From assembly GCF_009914755.1 (NCBI RefSeq), contig NC_060931.1: a stretch of DNA of 64,000 nucleotides; one strand, written 5' to 3'. A program made the translations under genes and the position numbers. Below the pieces are notes generated by a model. The model did not search any database, was not told where the DNA came from, and saw nothing but the letters and a program-made list of their open reading frames with translations. Within the stretch, counting starts at the first letter, position 1, and the number at the start of each line of letters is the position of its first letter. This DNA is from the human T2T-CHM13v2.0 reference genome, Homo sapiens. This document shows, piece after piece, positions 1 through 15,288 of this stretch.

Positions 1-1402
1 TCAGGAAGCCCTCTCTCAGAAGCGGATTTCTGCCTGCTTCACTTTAACGTCTCTCAAGTTGGATACCCAGCGTGGTCCTCCTACTGAAACAAGAGTGCCA
101 GCTATACCAACAGAAAATCTTTTTACATGCCTATCTGATTTGGCTCAAAATGAAGGAGCAGAGAGCCCAACTCTGAAGTGAAAGCAGAAACACTGAGCAG
201 TAAATGACAAAATTAGCTTTGCTCTCAGTGGTTTCTGACAACCCCGTGGCAGGACTGGGGTGGAAGGAGGAAGGAGATAAAGCCTAAAACCTTAATACAG
301 CTTGGACCCCAGAGTACTAAACGATCGGAGCAAAGGTGAATGAGAAGTAAATCCTCTCCTTTAGAAAAGGATCAAAAAGAAATATGTCTGTCCAGAACTT
401 GGTGCCTCCTTAGAGGATTTATAACCATTAGCAAGCTTTCTCGCGAGTCTTTAGTTCAAATTTTCACCATTTTTCTTGTCTGAAGAAAGTTTGAGGGGAA
501 ATTTTAAGTTAAGTTAGTCCTGGCTTTAGTTTTCTAAAAATAGAACTTCAAGATATTGAAAAGATAAACCTTAAAATGAAGAAACCCAGAGAAAGGATTA
601 TACAGCAGATTTGTATAGTTGAAAAGAGAATGATTGAATCTGCAGGGAAAAGAAATTATCCAGAATGTGAAAGCACAAGTAGGAAAAGTAAATGACAGAG
701 TAAAAGAAATATGCAGCTATTCAAAGTTCCAGAAAGAATAGCAGAGACATTGGAAGAGATGGTGGCTAAAGCTTTTCCAGAACTGTTAAGGGACATCGGT
801 ATTTAAATTCAGGAAGCTCAATGAATCCCAAGCTGAAAACAATTAATTAACACCTAAAACCATTATAATAAAATTGCAGGGGCCCCTAAGGGCAAAGAAA
901 TTATAAGCTATAATTTTTTGCTCTCAATGATGTCACTGTCTGCAGTCGGGTAGAAGACCCTGAATTTCCTGTTTTACGGCATTTATTTTTGGAATGAGAG
1001 GCCCTCATGACTGTTGGGTCTGTTAATCCTGGTTTCCCTCTCCATCCCACTTTCATTTCCCCATAGCACTCGTTAATAGGAAGACTAACTCCTGCAAACC
1101 TATAATTTCATTCTGGCTCCAATGAAGTCCTGAAAATCCAGAATCTCAAATACAGCAGTCTATCTAAAACAGGGTGGAGACTCAACATCTCTCCTTCCCA
1201 ACGCTGCTCTTTGTGATCCTCTAACTTTACTTTTCAATCGTTGGTGCTTGTCTATGTCCATTGCATATTTAGCTGACTTCTCAGCACATGCCTCATTTTT
1301 GTTTCTCTTTTGGACCCAAAGGATCATCATTTCTATGAAGCAAAAATGAGACACAAAACTGTACAGGTAGAATGACCTTTACCTCCACTCAGCACATAAA
1401 AA

Positions 1403-1422
1403 CACACACACACACACACACA
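1403..1422. repeat. (CA)n microsatellite
   Basis: Direct observation. Confidence 0.9.
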
Positions 1423-1749
1423 GGCACACATACTTGCACACATTTCCAAAGGGCTGTTAATGTTAGGATAGGAGAAACCACTGGTAGGACATCAGAAGAA
1501 CTGGAATTTAAAGGAATAATAAAGTGATGAATCAGCAGAGGTTAACTCAGGTAAAGAGATGTCAAAGATGTAACTTGGATAAGAGCAACTACTCTACTAA
1601 TGAGCTTCCATCTGGAAGATGTCAGAAGAATGTCACTGAAGGAAATTTTTCTGTTTCTTCTGAGTAACAGAGACAAGTTCTTTTAGTATGATGTCATTTA
1701 GTCTATACAACCTTCTATTCCTTCTTAACTCTCTCATGAATTGACCTCC

Positions 1750-2950
1750 TGGTAATTCTCATTCACTGAAAGCTTGAGGATCTGATTCGCAGTTTTCATC
1801 TCTGCCTCAATCTTCATTTTACAATTCAAAAAAAAGTGGAAATCTCATGCAGCACTACATCTACTGTTTCCTTGGCTTTCTGTCTCCAGTGATCTTAATG
1901 GTCTTCACCTCCGCTCCACTTTAGTTACAGACACTCAATACCATACCCTAGGCTTTATCATCACCTGCTGTTTCTCCACCTCTGAAATCTTAACCCGAAA
2001 GTTCACTATTTGAGTACAGATTCTTACTCTTCCAGCTACTCTTCCAGCTCTTGCATTCTGTTACTTCCATTAAACATTAATTTTTACTTCACAGCGATCT
2101 CAGTTCTTTTGAATCCACTTCTACAAAATTATTTTGATATTCACATCCTTTATAACTCAGTTTAGACCTCAATGATTCTTCTCTTGTATTCCAGGTCCTA
2201 CAATCACACCTCTTAAATATTCCAGGAATCTCTACTCTTCTCTCTATTTCCATTATCACCACCCCAGTTTAGGTCACCATTACCTCTCACATAGATTACT
2301 CAGCAATATCCTCTTTGGCCTTCCTGACCCTAGTGCTTCCAAACTCCCTTTCCAACTCATTCTCTGCACTGCAGTGAGAATTATCTTTCTATAATGCAAA
2401 TGTGGCCATGCCATTCCCGCTTTGAAAGCACTTTAATGACGTCTAGTTGCTTCTGGAATAAACTACATATTCCTAAATATCGCTTACACATTTTTCATGA
2501 TCTGGGACCTGCTTTCCTCACAAGCCTCTCTCTTAACCTTCTCATTCTATCTCACCCCATATTTCAATAGCCTGAGATATGTTGGGTTTACTGAATTTTC
2601 CATGCCCGTTCCCACCTCTAGGCTTTTGCACATGTTTGTTCCTCTTCCTGAAGCAGGATTCTGTACTTCATCCTCTTCCTGTGTTACTCTCCCAATCCTA
2701 ATCATTCCTTAAGTCTTGCCTTAAGAGAGCACATCTCCCAGGAAGCTTTCCTTCTGCTCTGAGTTACACAGCCTTCCCCATGTACCTGTACTTCCCCATC
2801 GCAATACTTAATATAGTATCTGCCAACTGTCTCTTAAATTGTGTGCATCTCTCATTAGATTGAGATATGTGAGGCAGGAGTAGTATCCTCACAGGATATC
2901 ACAGAGCATAAACCACATTAGTTGCTCAATAAGTATTGAATGAATGAAAA
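1750..2950 (+). mobile_element. L2 fragment
   Basis: Pyrimidine-rich body ending gctcaataagtattgaatgaatga. Confidence 0.65.
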
Positions 2951-4120
2951 AAAATTTCCAACTCAGAGAGTCAGATGTGGAGAAATTTAGTAGAAATAAC
3001 CTTCAATCAGGATACTCATTATGAAATTAGAGGATTTTGATCAGGTTATATTCCTGAAGAATATGGAACCTTATCCACCATCCTGGAAGGTTACTGGGAA
3101 AAAATTCATGTTTCTAAAATGATTATAAAATTTTCTTAATATTACATTAAATGAGTATTTATAATCTACAAATTATACACTTTTATCTACACTGAGATTT
3201 GCACATGTAATCTCCACACTAGGCACTATAAATTATTGTCCTGATTTTAAATCAGCTTTTTTCCTGAAGAGTTTCCTTCTTATTTGCCTCAACACAACAC
3301 AATGGAAGGTGACTTCCAGAGGAACAAGAAACAGTTTTATATCAAATCTCTCATGACTTGCCTAATGATGTACTACAGATCTCACTGGTCTCTCTACATT
3401 TCTGACAGATTCTCCATCCTCCTCAAAGCACTGGATTTATAGAAATACTGTATATACCACAGACTTGTCTCCTTAAAACTTCAGTGCCAAATGTGCTTAG
3501 GCCATAAATGTCTGAGTTGACAGAGGACATTGATACTCCCCATGCAAGTCTCTTTTCCTATAAAAATGGAAGTGTCAGATTATGATAATTCTCTCTCCAT
3601 CAGATGCCTATAAAAAACAAATTGAAGGAAGATAAAAGTTAGCAAGAAGTATGTAAGAATAAAAAAGAAAATAGCAAGCTTTAAACTATCCAAGGCTTTC
3701 ATAACTGCTGTCATTTTGATGACATAGTTCTTACAGACCATTAGGCCATATCCAGCTTCCCCCAGCTGACAAGTCTGAGGTTCCTGCTGCTCTCACAATT
3801 GAGTGATGTGTCTGTATGAAGGAGAGAAGAGCCTTGAAAGTGGCTTTGTGTTTTTCATAACCACAGGAAAGTTGGTAAGATCTATCTACATTAATAGTTT
3901 CAAACATGGATGATCATCACAATTGTTGTGGGGGGGATTGTTATAAATTTCTAAATCCCATTCCCAATATTCTGGGATCCACTAGGTCTGTTTTTGTTCA
4001 TTTGAGTATTTTTTTCCTTGTTTTATTACAGTAAAACTTTACATACATCAAAATGCACAGGTTTCTTTTCTTCACCCCTTTAAATTAGTTAATTATTTAT
4101 TATTAGCAATCCATTTTAAG

Positions 4121-4427
4121 TCTTTATTTATTTATTTATTGAGACAGGGTCTCACTCTGTTGCCCAGGCTGGAGTACAGAGGCACAATTATGGTTCACTG
4201 CAGCATGGATCTCCTAGGCTCAAGCAATTCTCCCACCTCAACCTCCTGAGTAGCTGAGACTACAGGCATGTGCTACTTTTAAAATCTCTTGTAGAGATGG
4301 TGTTTTGCTATATTGCCCAGGCTGGCCTTGAACCCCTAGGCTCAAGTAATCCTCCAGTCTCAGCCTCCCAAGGTACTGGGATTACAGACGTGAGCCACTG
4401 AGCCCGACCTATTTATTTATTTATTTT
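4121..4427 (-). mobile_element. AluJ
   Basis: Reverse Alu consensus with (TTTA)n tail. Confidence 0.9.
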
Positions 4428-4439
4428 TGGCTTTTAGCT

Positions 4440-5800
4440 ACACCTATGTGGATTGCTTTTAGTAATTTACATATAATTACCATATGCATCTTTAAGTTAT
4501 CACAGCACTTAGAGCTAATATTTTGTCCAGCTGACTTAAATGCTAGAGCTTAACTCCATGATCCTATCTATTCCCATTTTCTGTGCTATTATTGTTATAG
4601 ATGTCAAATCCATATACACTATAAAACTCATGATACAACCTTATCTGATTTTTTTATATCAGTTACATAGCATGCTGAATATGCTAATAACTGAGTGCTG
4701 TACATTTCAATATTGCTAAGAGAGTAAAGTTCTAATGTTCTCATCACCAAAAATGTAAAATATTTGAGATGATTAATACATTAATTAGCTTAAACATTCC
4801 ACACTGTATTAAAAAATCATAACATCACTTTGAACCCCATAAATAGATACAACTATAATTTGTCAATACACAATTTAAAACCAAAAAATGCAGTTGTCTT
4901 TTAAAGAAATTAAGGGAGAAAAAAAGGATATCATTTTAAATGCATTTACGTATTTATCTTTTCTTCTGCTCTTCAATCTTTCCTGAAGATCTGAGTTGTT
5001 TAGTCATTATTTTTCTTCAACCTAAAGAAAATTCTTCAGCATTTCTTACAGTGCAAGTTCTGCTCATGGCAAATTATCAGCTTTTATTTGAAAAGTCTTT
5101 GTTTTGTCTTTCTTTTTGAAGTTATTATTTTTGGAGATAAAATTCTGAGTTGAGATAATTTTATTTTCAACACTTTAAAGACTTTGTTCCATTGTCTTCT
5201 GGCCTTCAGTGTTTTTGGTGAGAAGTCAATCATCTTTGAATCATTGTTTTCCTGTGTCTAATATTCCATCACCCTACCCCTACCTTCTCCCCACACACAC
5301 CTCTGACTACTTCAGCATTTCTTTTCGTTTTGAGTTATCAGCAGTTTTATTATGTTACTGTTTTATATGCATTACTCCTACTGGAAATTATTGGAGGTTT
5401 TAAAGCCTGAAGTTTGTTTTCAGCCTTAAAAATTCCCCACCATATTTAGGGAATTTTGGCTATCATATTTTTATTATATGTTTCTTTTCCTCTTTCTCTC
5501 TTCCTGTTAGCTGGAATTACAAGTATATGTACATTAGATGGCTTGATATTATCGCACATATCTCTAAAGGTCTGTTCCTCATCTTCAATGTATTTTTTCC
5601 TCTTTGTTCTTCAAATTGGATAATTTATATTAATCCATCTTCAAGTTCAACTGACTATTTCTTCTGCCATCTCTCATCAACTGTTAAGCCTGTCATGTGA
5701 CATTTTTCTTTCAGATATTTTAATTTCTAGCTTTAGCATTTGCATTATGTTCTTTTTTCTAGTTTGCATTTCTATGTTCACTCATTATGACCATTTTTTT
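4440..5800 (-). mobile_element. Old antisense L1M fragments (ORF1 region) with a nested L1MA 3' end at ~4670-4890
   Basis: T-rich antisense L1 motifs; attgctaagagagta...tgttctcatcacc. Confidence 0.55.
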
Positions 5801-7011
5801 CTTCTTTATAATGGTGGGTTTAAGGGTGTTGTCTGCCGACTCCAGCACCCAATTTTTCTCTGGGTCTGCTGGTCTGTCTCTATTGACTACTTTTCCTCCT
5901 GATCCAGTGTCATAGTTTTACTTTGCATATTTTGTGATGTTTATCATAGGTGAGACATTGTGGATGATACTTGGGGGAAATGTTGGATTCTGTTATTGTT
6001 CTCTGAGTAGTAGTATTTTTTTTGATAGCAGGCAATTAAATTACAGGCTGCTCACCATAAACTTCTGAAGTTTTGCTTTACATGTCATTAAAGCAGGCCT
6101 ATTCCCATATCTTAGGTCAGATCTCATAAATTCTGTGTTATAGTCTTTAATCCGAAAGCATGGTGTTTCAATGGAAAACCAAAGGTATTCTTTGTCAAGC
6201 CCTTTTAACTTGTCATGACTCACACTCCAAATGTTTGTCTTCCTTGTAGTGGACAGTAGCTAAAATCTCTAGGAAGCCTTTTAAACTTTCAGCTATTGAT
6301 TTCCACCGAGCTTCTTGGATTCTCACTTACACTTACATAGTCAACAAGGGATTGAGGAAAGTTTATATTTATATTGTGGTGCTCCCTCCTCTGTAACTCT
6401 TTCCTTACTGAAGGGAAATTCTTAGCCACTTAGGTTGTCCCTTAGCAACTCAAATAAAAAACACTGTAGCTTTCTGCTTGAGTCCTTGCTGCCCTGTACT
6501 ACACAAACTAGAATGGAAAAGCAAGATCAATGCTGTTATCTTATGTCAAGGATCAATTTCTGATTTTGGTTATTCTCCAGTCCTTAATTTTTTTTTCTTT
6601 CAGATTGTATTATTGTTACCTAGGACACTGGGGGAAGGATATTAATGGAATATAACCTACTCCACCATTATCAGAAACAGAACACCTATTTGTTTGGCTG
6701 ATTCATTTTCAAATAAAGTTCCTCTTTTTTTGTTCCTTAAACATACATTTATTTTAAGCACCTCCTATGTGCTGGACACTCTTCCAGAGTCTGACAATGC
6801 AACAGTGAACAAAACAGATATATTCCCCATTCCTAAGGAGGTGAAATTCTAGTGTAATAGGAAGACAGAAACATACACAAATATAAAAGATAGTATCAGG
6901 TTAATAAGTACTATGAAATAAATAAAACAGAAGAAGGGGGTAAAGAGTGACAGGAATAGTTTTTGGACAGGGTCATTGGAGAAAAACCTCATGAAAGAAG
7001 TTGCTATGTGA

Positions 7012-7231
7012 CCAGCCTGGGCAACATAGTGAGATCCCATCTTTAAAAAATTATAAAAATTAGCCAGGCATGGTAGCTCGTGTCTGTAGTACCAGCTACT
7101 CAGGAAGCTGACGTGGGACGATAGCTTGAGCCCAGAAGTGCGAAGCTGCAGTGAGCTATGATCTTGCCACTGCACTCCAGCCTGGGCAACAGAGCAAGAC
7201 CTCATCTCTAAACAATGAAATAAAATAAAAC
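7012..7231 (+). mobile_element. 5'-truncated AluJ inside an L2
   Basis: Alu body flanked by direct repeat ttgctatgtga. Confidence 0.9.
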
Positions 7232-8975
7232 ACATTTGCTATGTGAGCAGAGACCTCAATGGAGTGAAGAAGCCATTATGCAGATACTTGAGGAAAGTGT
7301 TCCAGGCTAAACAATAGCAAATTTAAAAACCTTGACAAAGGTGTTTGGCAGAGGCTGATTCTTGTAATAAGAGGGCCAGTGTATCTGGAGAAGAATAAGA
7401 TATGCTAGATTAGAGAGGTTGCCCCAACTGGATCATACATAGTTTTGTAAAGAGTTTTGATTGTAATGAGCGTGATGAGAAGGTAGTTTTGAGCAGGTAA
7501 ATGATAGAATCTGATTTACATTGTGAAAGGTGTGCCCTGGCTTCTGTTTGTAGAATAGATGGGAGGGGAACATAATGATTTTCCACTGGTGATTCTAATG
7601 ATTAATAGGTTTGGGAATATGTTTCTGCATGATGCAGAAACTGGAAGCTGCTGCCTTGCTAGCCTGATATTTCAAGTGTGGTCCAGACTAGCACCATCGG
7701 CATTCTAAAAGCTTGTTAACTGCAGAATCCAAGGCCCACTCATAGAACAACTGAATCAAAATTCACATTATTTCCTCTTGGAATTTCTATTTCTACCTAA
7801 TAAAATCTTACCTACTCAACAATGACCAAATCCATCAGAAAATATCCCCAGCTACAAGTGAGTTAGCTTTATACATTAATAGAATGTTATCCTTCACTCC
7901 TAGTTCCTTGTATCCTAACTTCACCTTTTTTTTTTTTTTTTTTTTTTTTTGGCTAAGGAGTCAAAAGAGGTGAGGATTTAAGGAAGTCACACTGAACCGT
8001 GTCAAATGTTCAGTTTCTCCTTGGATTTGCAATTACCTTTCTGAAAATAGTCACAGAAGTTTTGGATGTATGTGTGAGGAGGAAGACAGATCTGTCTAAC
8101 TCTTATTTGATATTGCGTGGCTCTTCTCTATCCCTCTCTCAAGCCTCCTTCCCCTACCACCCAAACTACCTCTTTCCGTGTGTCAGTCAATAACAATTGC
8201 CCATAGTCTTTACTTTGCAACAAGTTTTTTTGGTATTGATCATTCACAGCCTTTGAGAAAACTCTTACTCCACTGGTATAGTTTTTTATTTAAAACTTTA
8301 TCATAAAATGAAAACTAACATGAAACTCACAGAAATTATAAATTTAAGGCATTTATTTTCAAGAAAGGCTCTTCTTCCTAGATAGTCACTCTCACCATTA
8401 AAATTAGCGATTTTTTTCAGTAAGGATGATTAGACATTACCTTAATTTTCTGGGTTTCTTGCTAAAAATTAATGATTTGTAGTTATCAAATAACTGTAAA
8501 ATTTGAAGGTAAAAATTAGCAATTTTAGTGGCTAATATTAGTTGAATATAAAAACAATATTTAGATAATATAATTTTCAAAGATTTGTCAGCAATTAACT
8601 ATGTATTTATAGATATAGTTGTCTCTTCCTCTTCCTTCAAACATGTGTGCATTACTAAAAAAATAAATCAAAATCTTTACAATAAAATGTAAAATACAGA
8701 TACTTTTTAAAATCACAGGATATTATTTAAATCAAAATAGTTAAAATCTATTCTGCAATCTAGTATTATAATTTACAAATATCTGACTCTCAGAGTACTT
8801 AAACTACAAAAAGTATAAACTGTAGCAAGCTGATTACCTGAAATATAGTAAAGCCAAACATAAAATTACCTTGTAACTCTGTAATTGCATTTGTAAAGAG
8901 ACAATATAAAAATTCTCGGTTGAAATCATCTTCTAATGATTGAAAGTCCTCACTCCCCATGAAGCACCTTGCTTG

Positions 8976-9306
<331 letters not shown>

Positions 9307-9943
9307 TGATGTCTATACCGAATCCTTTCCTGAAGACCAGACTTCAGCAAGGCTATCTTATGCCATTGTTGTTAATATGGTTTTTGTACATGCCTCAAAG
9401 GTTTCAATTTCTTTGAGATTTATATAATTATTCTTGTATAGCAGTACAATAATTGCAGTTTACTGACTTTTTACCTTTGATTCGTACCCAGCTTTCAAGT
9501 TCCCAACTCTTAGAATCATTTATTCTCTGTATTTTCACTTCAGCTCAACACCTCCATGTGTTACATGTAAGTAAAACTATGAAGAAAAAAAAGAACTTCA
9601 AAGCACAGAAATAAATAAATGTCTTAATTAGGGATTTTTTTCTACTACCATATGGTCCAAAAGTATTCCCTGTGGCTGTCACTGAAGAGCATGATAAAGT
9701 GGCAATGTATGTTTTTGCCAAAAATGAGCCGCGGAAAATAAAATCATTTTCTATGTGTCTTGGTTTGTTCAACAGGATGCAATATAGGGTCAAGAAGACA
9801 ATTGTTTTGATTTCAGGCCCATGGGAAGCTCTGCCATAATCGCTGCATGCCTCCCTCTTGCAGTCTTACAGGGCTAGAACAGTGAGAGTAAGGGACTGAC
9901 ATGTGAAACAGAGCAGACAGTTCAGTGCAACACATCCCCACTT

Positions 9944-10394
9944 CTGTAAACAACTTGAATTGTATGCCTGCGTGCCTATTCTGGTAATGTCTGCCCTTGT
10001 CCTTCTCAGTTTTGTTCTGTTTGCAAGGGGCTGTCCTTTTAGTCTACATTTTCCAGGCACCAGTTGCCATCAGCAGATTAGAGGCAGGGGTAAGGGAGAA
10101 GTCAAGGTATTCAACTTTCTGCCTTTGGTAGTAGCTAACATCACACTAGGGCCTAGCTCCTGCCATAAAAACCGTGAGGCTCCAGCCTTCATGCAGCAGC
10201 CCAAGGGCACGGGTTGCCTCCTTTTGTCCTTCTGCCTACATCTGGAGGAAGCTTGGGTGGGCCAATGTTTAGATAGCCTCACTGCCATCTAGTTAGCATC
10301 TGAGTTTCTTCCATCACCCATATAACCCATTCCTACATTAAATTCCTTGTTGTAAATGCTGAGAGTGTTTTTTCTTTTTGTTCAGATCCTAAAC
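9944..10394 (+). mobile_element. Old MaLR LTR (MLT1-like)
   Basis: TG start, GC-richer body, attaaattccttgttg near the 3' end; explains ORFs at 9866-10292. Confidence 0.5.
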
Positions 10395-11775
10395 AATTGC
10401 ATTCTGTTCATGGAGAGTCAATAACACTTTGATCACACTGAATTCTATAACTAGAATATGTATATATACATATTTGTCTTATATATGTATCATATGTACG
10501 ATGTATATAAAAAGAAAACTAGAGAATTATAGGCATTGTATATCATAGATGGAATAGACCTAGAGCAAAAACAAGAAGATGATCTATAAGATTCAAGCAG
10601 TTCAAACATAAATTTTAGATTTATGTCCAAATGAACTAAACTACTCACCAAAAGAGGTTAAAATGACAACAAAGCAGGACAATTTTCTTAAGACAGTTGC
10701 ATGATCCTGAAGTTTGAATATAATTCTTGCATGTTAAACAGATGGTTGGTTTATAGGTAATTAAATACAAAGAATCTCTGGAGGCAAAGCACAGCTTTTT
10801 CAGTGAGTTAGTGATGGAATAACTGAACCTGAAGTAATTGCACAAATACCAGATTGAAGGAGACTGGAACTGCTATTACGTAATATGGTCATCTCTTCCC
10901 TTCCTAAAAGATTATATTTTGTTTACCTAAATGGATTATAAGATTATGTATCATTAACATTGTAGTTTTCTTGTAGAATCAGACAATGTCTTTTACATAG
11001 ATTATGCTAAAATTTATGTTTATTACTACATGATTCAATAAATGAACTGGCATGGCCTGACAGACATATGTTTTAGAAGGGTTTGCCTAAGGCTGTTAAT
11101 AGAAGCATTGCAGGCAGTCCAGAAAATTGCAGTAAAAATATGCAAGTGCTTATAATAGCTTCTAAGTTAACCAGTATCTGAAACTTGACATTTATAAATG
11201 GGAGAAGAAAAAACTAAGTTTCAAAGGCCCACTCAAGCTTTCTCATAAGAAATAAAGAAGATAAGGAAGCCCCATTCTTTTTTATCTACATTTTTAATGA
11301 ATATGGGCTCGTAACTGAAATATTAACTATAAGAAGCACAAGTTTGTATTTAAAAATTTCTAAGTATAAAACTGAAGAAAAAATATTGCATTGTAGATTG
11401 TTTAGCACATTTAAAAAGTCTATTCCCATTTTCCCTTTCTCTCTCTTTCTTTTTTTGTTATCCTATACGACTTAAATGTTTAAGTAGTTATATTAATAAC
11501 TGTCTTAAGTAGAGAGTAAAATTCACTACATAGAAAAGAATCACATAAACTTATATTATGGGTTTCTCTTAGGTCTTCGAGAGCAGTTCATGAAAATGTG
11601 GCAGAAATGTATCTAAAAGGGGGCAAAGAATTCACATCCCTTCTGGTACACGATAGCCTCAGGGCAGCGTCATAAGCCACTGGCCTGCTCCATTCTTAGG
11701 GAGCCGGCGCGACATGGGCATTTTTAAGATCTTCATCCTAAATTCCAATGCAGAACACATAAAAGGGTTAAGAAG

Positions 11776-12095
<320 letters not shown>

Positions 12096-12920
12096 CTATA
12101 TGTAAACCTGCATTATCTTAACTATGTACATCTATCTGGACTCTACCACACACCCCTCATATCCCTTTTCCCTTTCCCATAAGCCCTCTCCATTCTCCTC
12201 GGTATTATTTAAACATCTGTGGAAAAAAGGAAGCCAGAACATCGTATAGGTCATTTTTGCCTCCTGTTTAGCCAAACCTTTCCTGCGGAAATGAAATGCA
12301 GAACTGAGACCTACCTAAATTGTGAGTAGGGGTAGAAGAAAGATAAAGGAACAAAAACATAGAACAAACATAAATTATAATCTCAAAACATTATCTAGGC
12401 TCACTGATATTTAAGAAAGCTCATGATTTTGGATTAATTAAATTTCATTCTGCCAATTTACTGAGTTGTTTTGATTAATTCCCATAGCTTCTCAGTTAAC
12501 ACTTGGGTTTTCTAACATCATAGAAATTGCAAATGTTTTAATTTTGTGTTTTCTTTCCCTATATGTATACTAATAGATCTGCTACATAACTAAAGCATTG
12601 ACTATATCCTCCAGAATTTTAAGTAGCTAAAGAAGAATTATGCATTGTAATATTTTTCTTAAATATCACAGAAATGCTTTCTGCAATTCTCTATTAATTA
12701 TGGTGCTGACTTTGGTTATGAGAGAGATATTCTTTATCACAAGAGATCAATAGAAAGGAACAGAAAGTTTAGTTATGGACAGACTGTGCAGGGTTTTTTT
12801 TGTTTGTTCTTGCACGTGAGAGTGGGGGCGCTCTAATGAGCTGGGAAAGTTATAGTCTTACCTCACGTCTCACACAAAAATAGATTCTATACAGATCAAG
12901 TATTATTAAAGGGAGAATTA

Positions 12921-13218
12921 GGCCAGGTGCGGTGGCTCACACCTGTAATCCTAGTGCTTTGAGAGGTGGAGGTAGAAGCATCACTAGAGGCCAGGTATTC
13001 AAGACCAGCCTGCACAACAGAGGAAAACCCCATCTTATGAAAAATTTTAAAAATTAGCCATCTGTATCCACCTATAATCCTTGTTACTCAGGAGGCTCAC
13101 GCAGGAGGATTGCCCAAGAGGTAGAGGGCTGCAGTAAGCTATGGTCATACTTTGCACTCCAGCTGGAGCAACAGAACAAGACTCTGTCCCTAAATAAATA
13201 AATAAATAAATAAATAAA
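12921..13218 (+). mobile_element. AluJ
   Basis: Diverged Alu with (TAAA)n tail. Confidence 0.9.
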
Positions 13219-13877
13219 CTGTAAAAGCATTCAAATACAATTATGGGAGAAATATTTCTCTTAGAAGTCTAAGAATGATGTAAGTAGAATATAATCATCA
13301 GAAAATATAACAAATAATTGATAAGTTTAACTTTATAATTATAAAATTATTTTGCACAATAAAATAGACAAAATGAAGCCCCTAACCAAAGTAGAAATGA
13401 CAAATGACAGAAAGGAAAGAATGGATGAGGTTAAGCCCCATTTTTAATAATAGAAATGTCCTAAAAGTGGGTGAAATAAATAATAACGACAAATGCATTT
13501 GAAAGGAAAGCCAGCCTCACAATAAATCAAATACGAGTAAAGATGAACTTTTTGTAAGTCACAAAAATCATAAAGTCATGAAATTTGGCAATATACCTGA
13601 CATTTGAATCCTAGTACTACCACTTACTAGTTGTACACAGTTGCTTAATATTTCTGAGCTTCAGTTTCTTCATTTGATAAATCCATCTAGTCACACTGGG
13701 ATCCAGGGTCCATCCACCCTGTATGCCAGCATGTTATCTGTAACAAAATATTACTTTCCTCATGGCTGTCATTTGGATTAAATCAATTATTATATGTAAA
13801 ATATTTAGCACAGTGTGTGGCACATCGTAAGTCTCAGTTGATGGCAGATAACAGAAGAGTTTAAAATTATAAATTGA

Positions 13878-14359
13878 TTAGGAATGGATTCCATTGCAAA
13901 TAACAGAAAACAAAAACAAGTTTAAAGCAAGTTTAAGTTTAAGCAAGCAGGATTTCATTTTTCATACAGAACAAAAAGTCCAGAGGTGGGAAGTTAGTTC
14001 AGCTTCTCAAAGGCTCTATCACGGATTCAGGCTATTGTTAACCATTATACTTCACTATCTTCAGGGTGAAGGTTGTGTATGCATCCTTACTGTTTCATGA
14101 TTGTAAAGTGATGCTGTATCTCTAGTTACCAACTTCTGCATTCCAAGCAGGGAAAAGGAGGAAGGAACAAAAGGCATGAAGGTTAGAGCTGGGCGCCAGC
14201 TTAATCTCTTTCATTTTATCAGGGAAGCAAACCTCTCAGATGGTAAACTTCTATCTCTGACCCAGAAATGTATTACATGGTCATCCCTGGCTGAAATGTC
14301 ACTAGAGAGCAGGGGCTGTGGATGGCTATCAGATCAGCCAACCAACAGTGTTTGCCACA
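13878..14359 (-). mobile_element. Old MaLR LTR (MLT1J/N-like)
   Basis: ttgcaaataacagaaaac...acagtgtttgccaca is a typical antisense MLT1 pattern. Confidence 0.55.
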
Positions 14360-15224
14360 AATAGTAACAACAACAAAAAGAAAGTCAACAGACTTAGCAG
14401 TGGCTTTAACCTTTACACTTTTATTGAAACTCTTTATTGCTTTCTTACTGGAAAAGTGTAATCATTAAAAAAATAAAACTCAAATACACTTCCCTCTACA
14501 ATCCACTACATTTCCCACCACCCCGAACCAGACACCTAACGAAGAGGGAGAATGAGGACATCTTATTACTTGTATGTTGACATTTTAAAATCATTTCAGC
14601 CCCTGAAGACTTTCGTAAATATCAATCTCTCTGTTGCCCCAGAGTCTTAGGGATATAATTTGTACTGGTGAAATTAAAAAAAAAAAAAAAAAGGAGACCA
14701 CTCCCTTGTACTACATGAATACACCTTTCCCTTCTTTATAATAATTTTGAGAAAAGTTGTACATATTCTCAGTTGATTTCTTTACTAAAGTTTCCATGTT
14801 ACAAATAACCACTTCAAGGACAAATACCTGAGGAATTTCACACCTAAACAATGAATAAGAATTGGAAAAGATTATTACAGTTTCTCACACTGAGTTTTAA
14901 TCTGATTCATTTTAATCAAATAGTCTCTCTTGTCTAAGAAAAGGTCATGAAAGAAGACAGTAACTTACAGGAGAGAACGAGAGATTCAAAATAAATACGT
15001 TAAGGGGGTAGAGACATGTCTCATTAGTTTTCTTGCGTGGTGAGAAATATGTAAAGAATGATTGAAAAGACAATGAGCAACTATCAAACTAAATTAGAAT
15101 ACTTCTGAATTTGCTTATTTAAAATAAAATCTGTATTAAGCAAGCCAATCCTTTTAACCCAGGTTTTTTTTTCTAATATAATGATACACATCTATAAAAT
15201 ATTTATTTTGCTGCTTTGTGCTAC

Positions 15225-15288
15225 TATTAGGTTGGTGCCATTAAAAACAATGGGAAAAACTGCAATTACTTTTGCACCAACCTAAATA
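15225..15288. mobile_element. MADE1 (Hsmar1 MITE), internally deleted
   Basis: TTAGGTTGGTGC ... GCACCAACCTAA inverted ends. Confidence 0.85.

Noticed and set aside
1-260. Possible 5' end of a neighbouring annotated lncRNA/ORF gene that I recall lying ~30 kb beyond POT1
   Set aside because: Based only on remembered coordinates; nothing in the sequence supports it directly.
9866-10292. Overlapping ORFs on both strands
   Set aside because: They lie within a probable MaLR LTR and show no recognisable protein.
12811-12835. E-box next to a CTCF-like GGGGGCGCT
   Set aside because: It lacks the 5' CC core of the CTCF motif and is likely chance.
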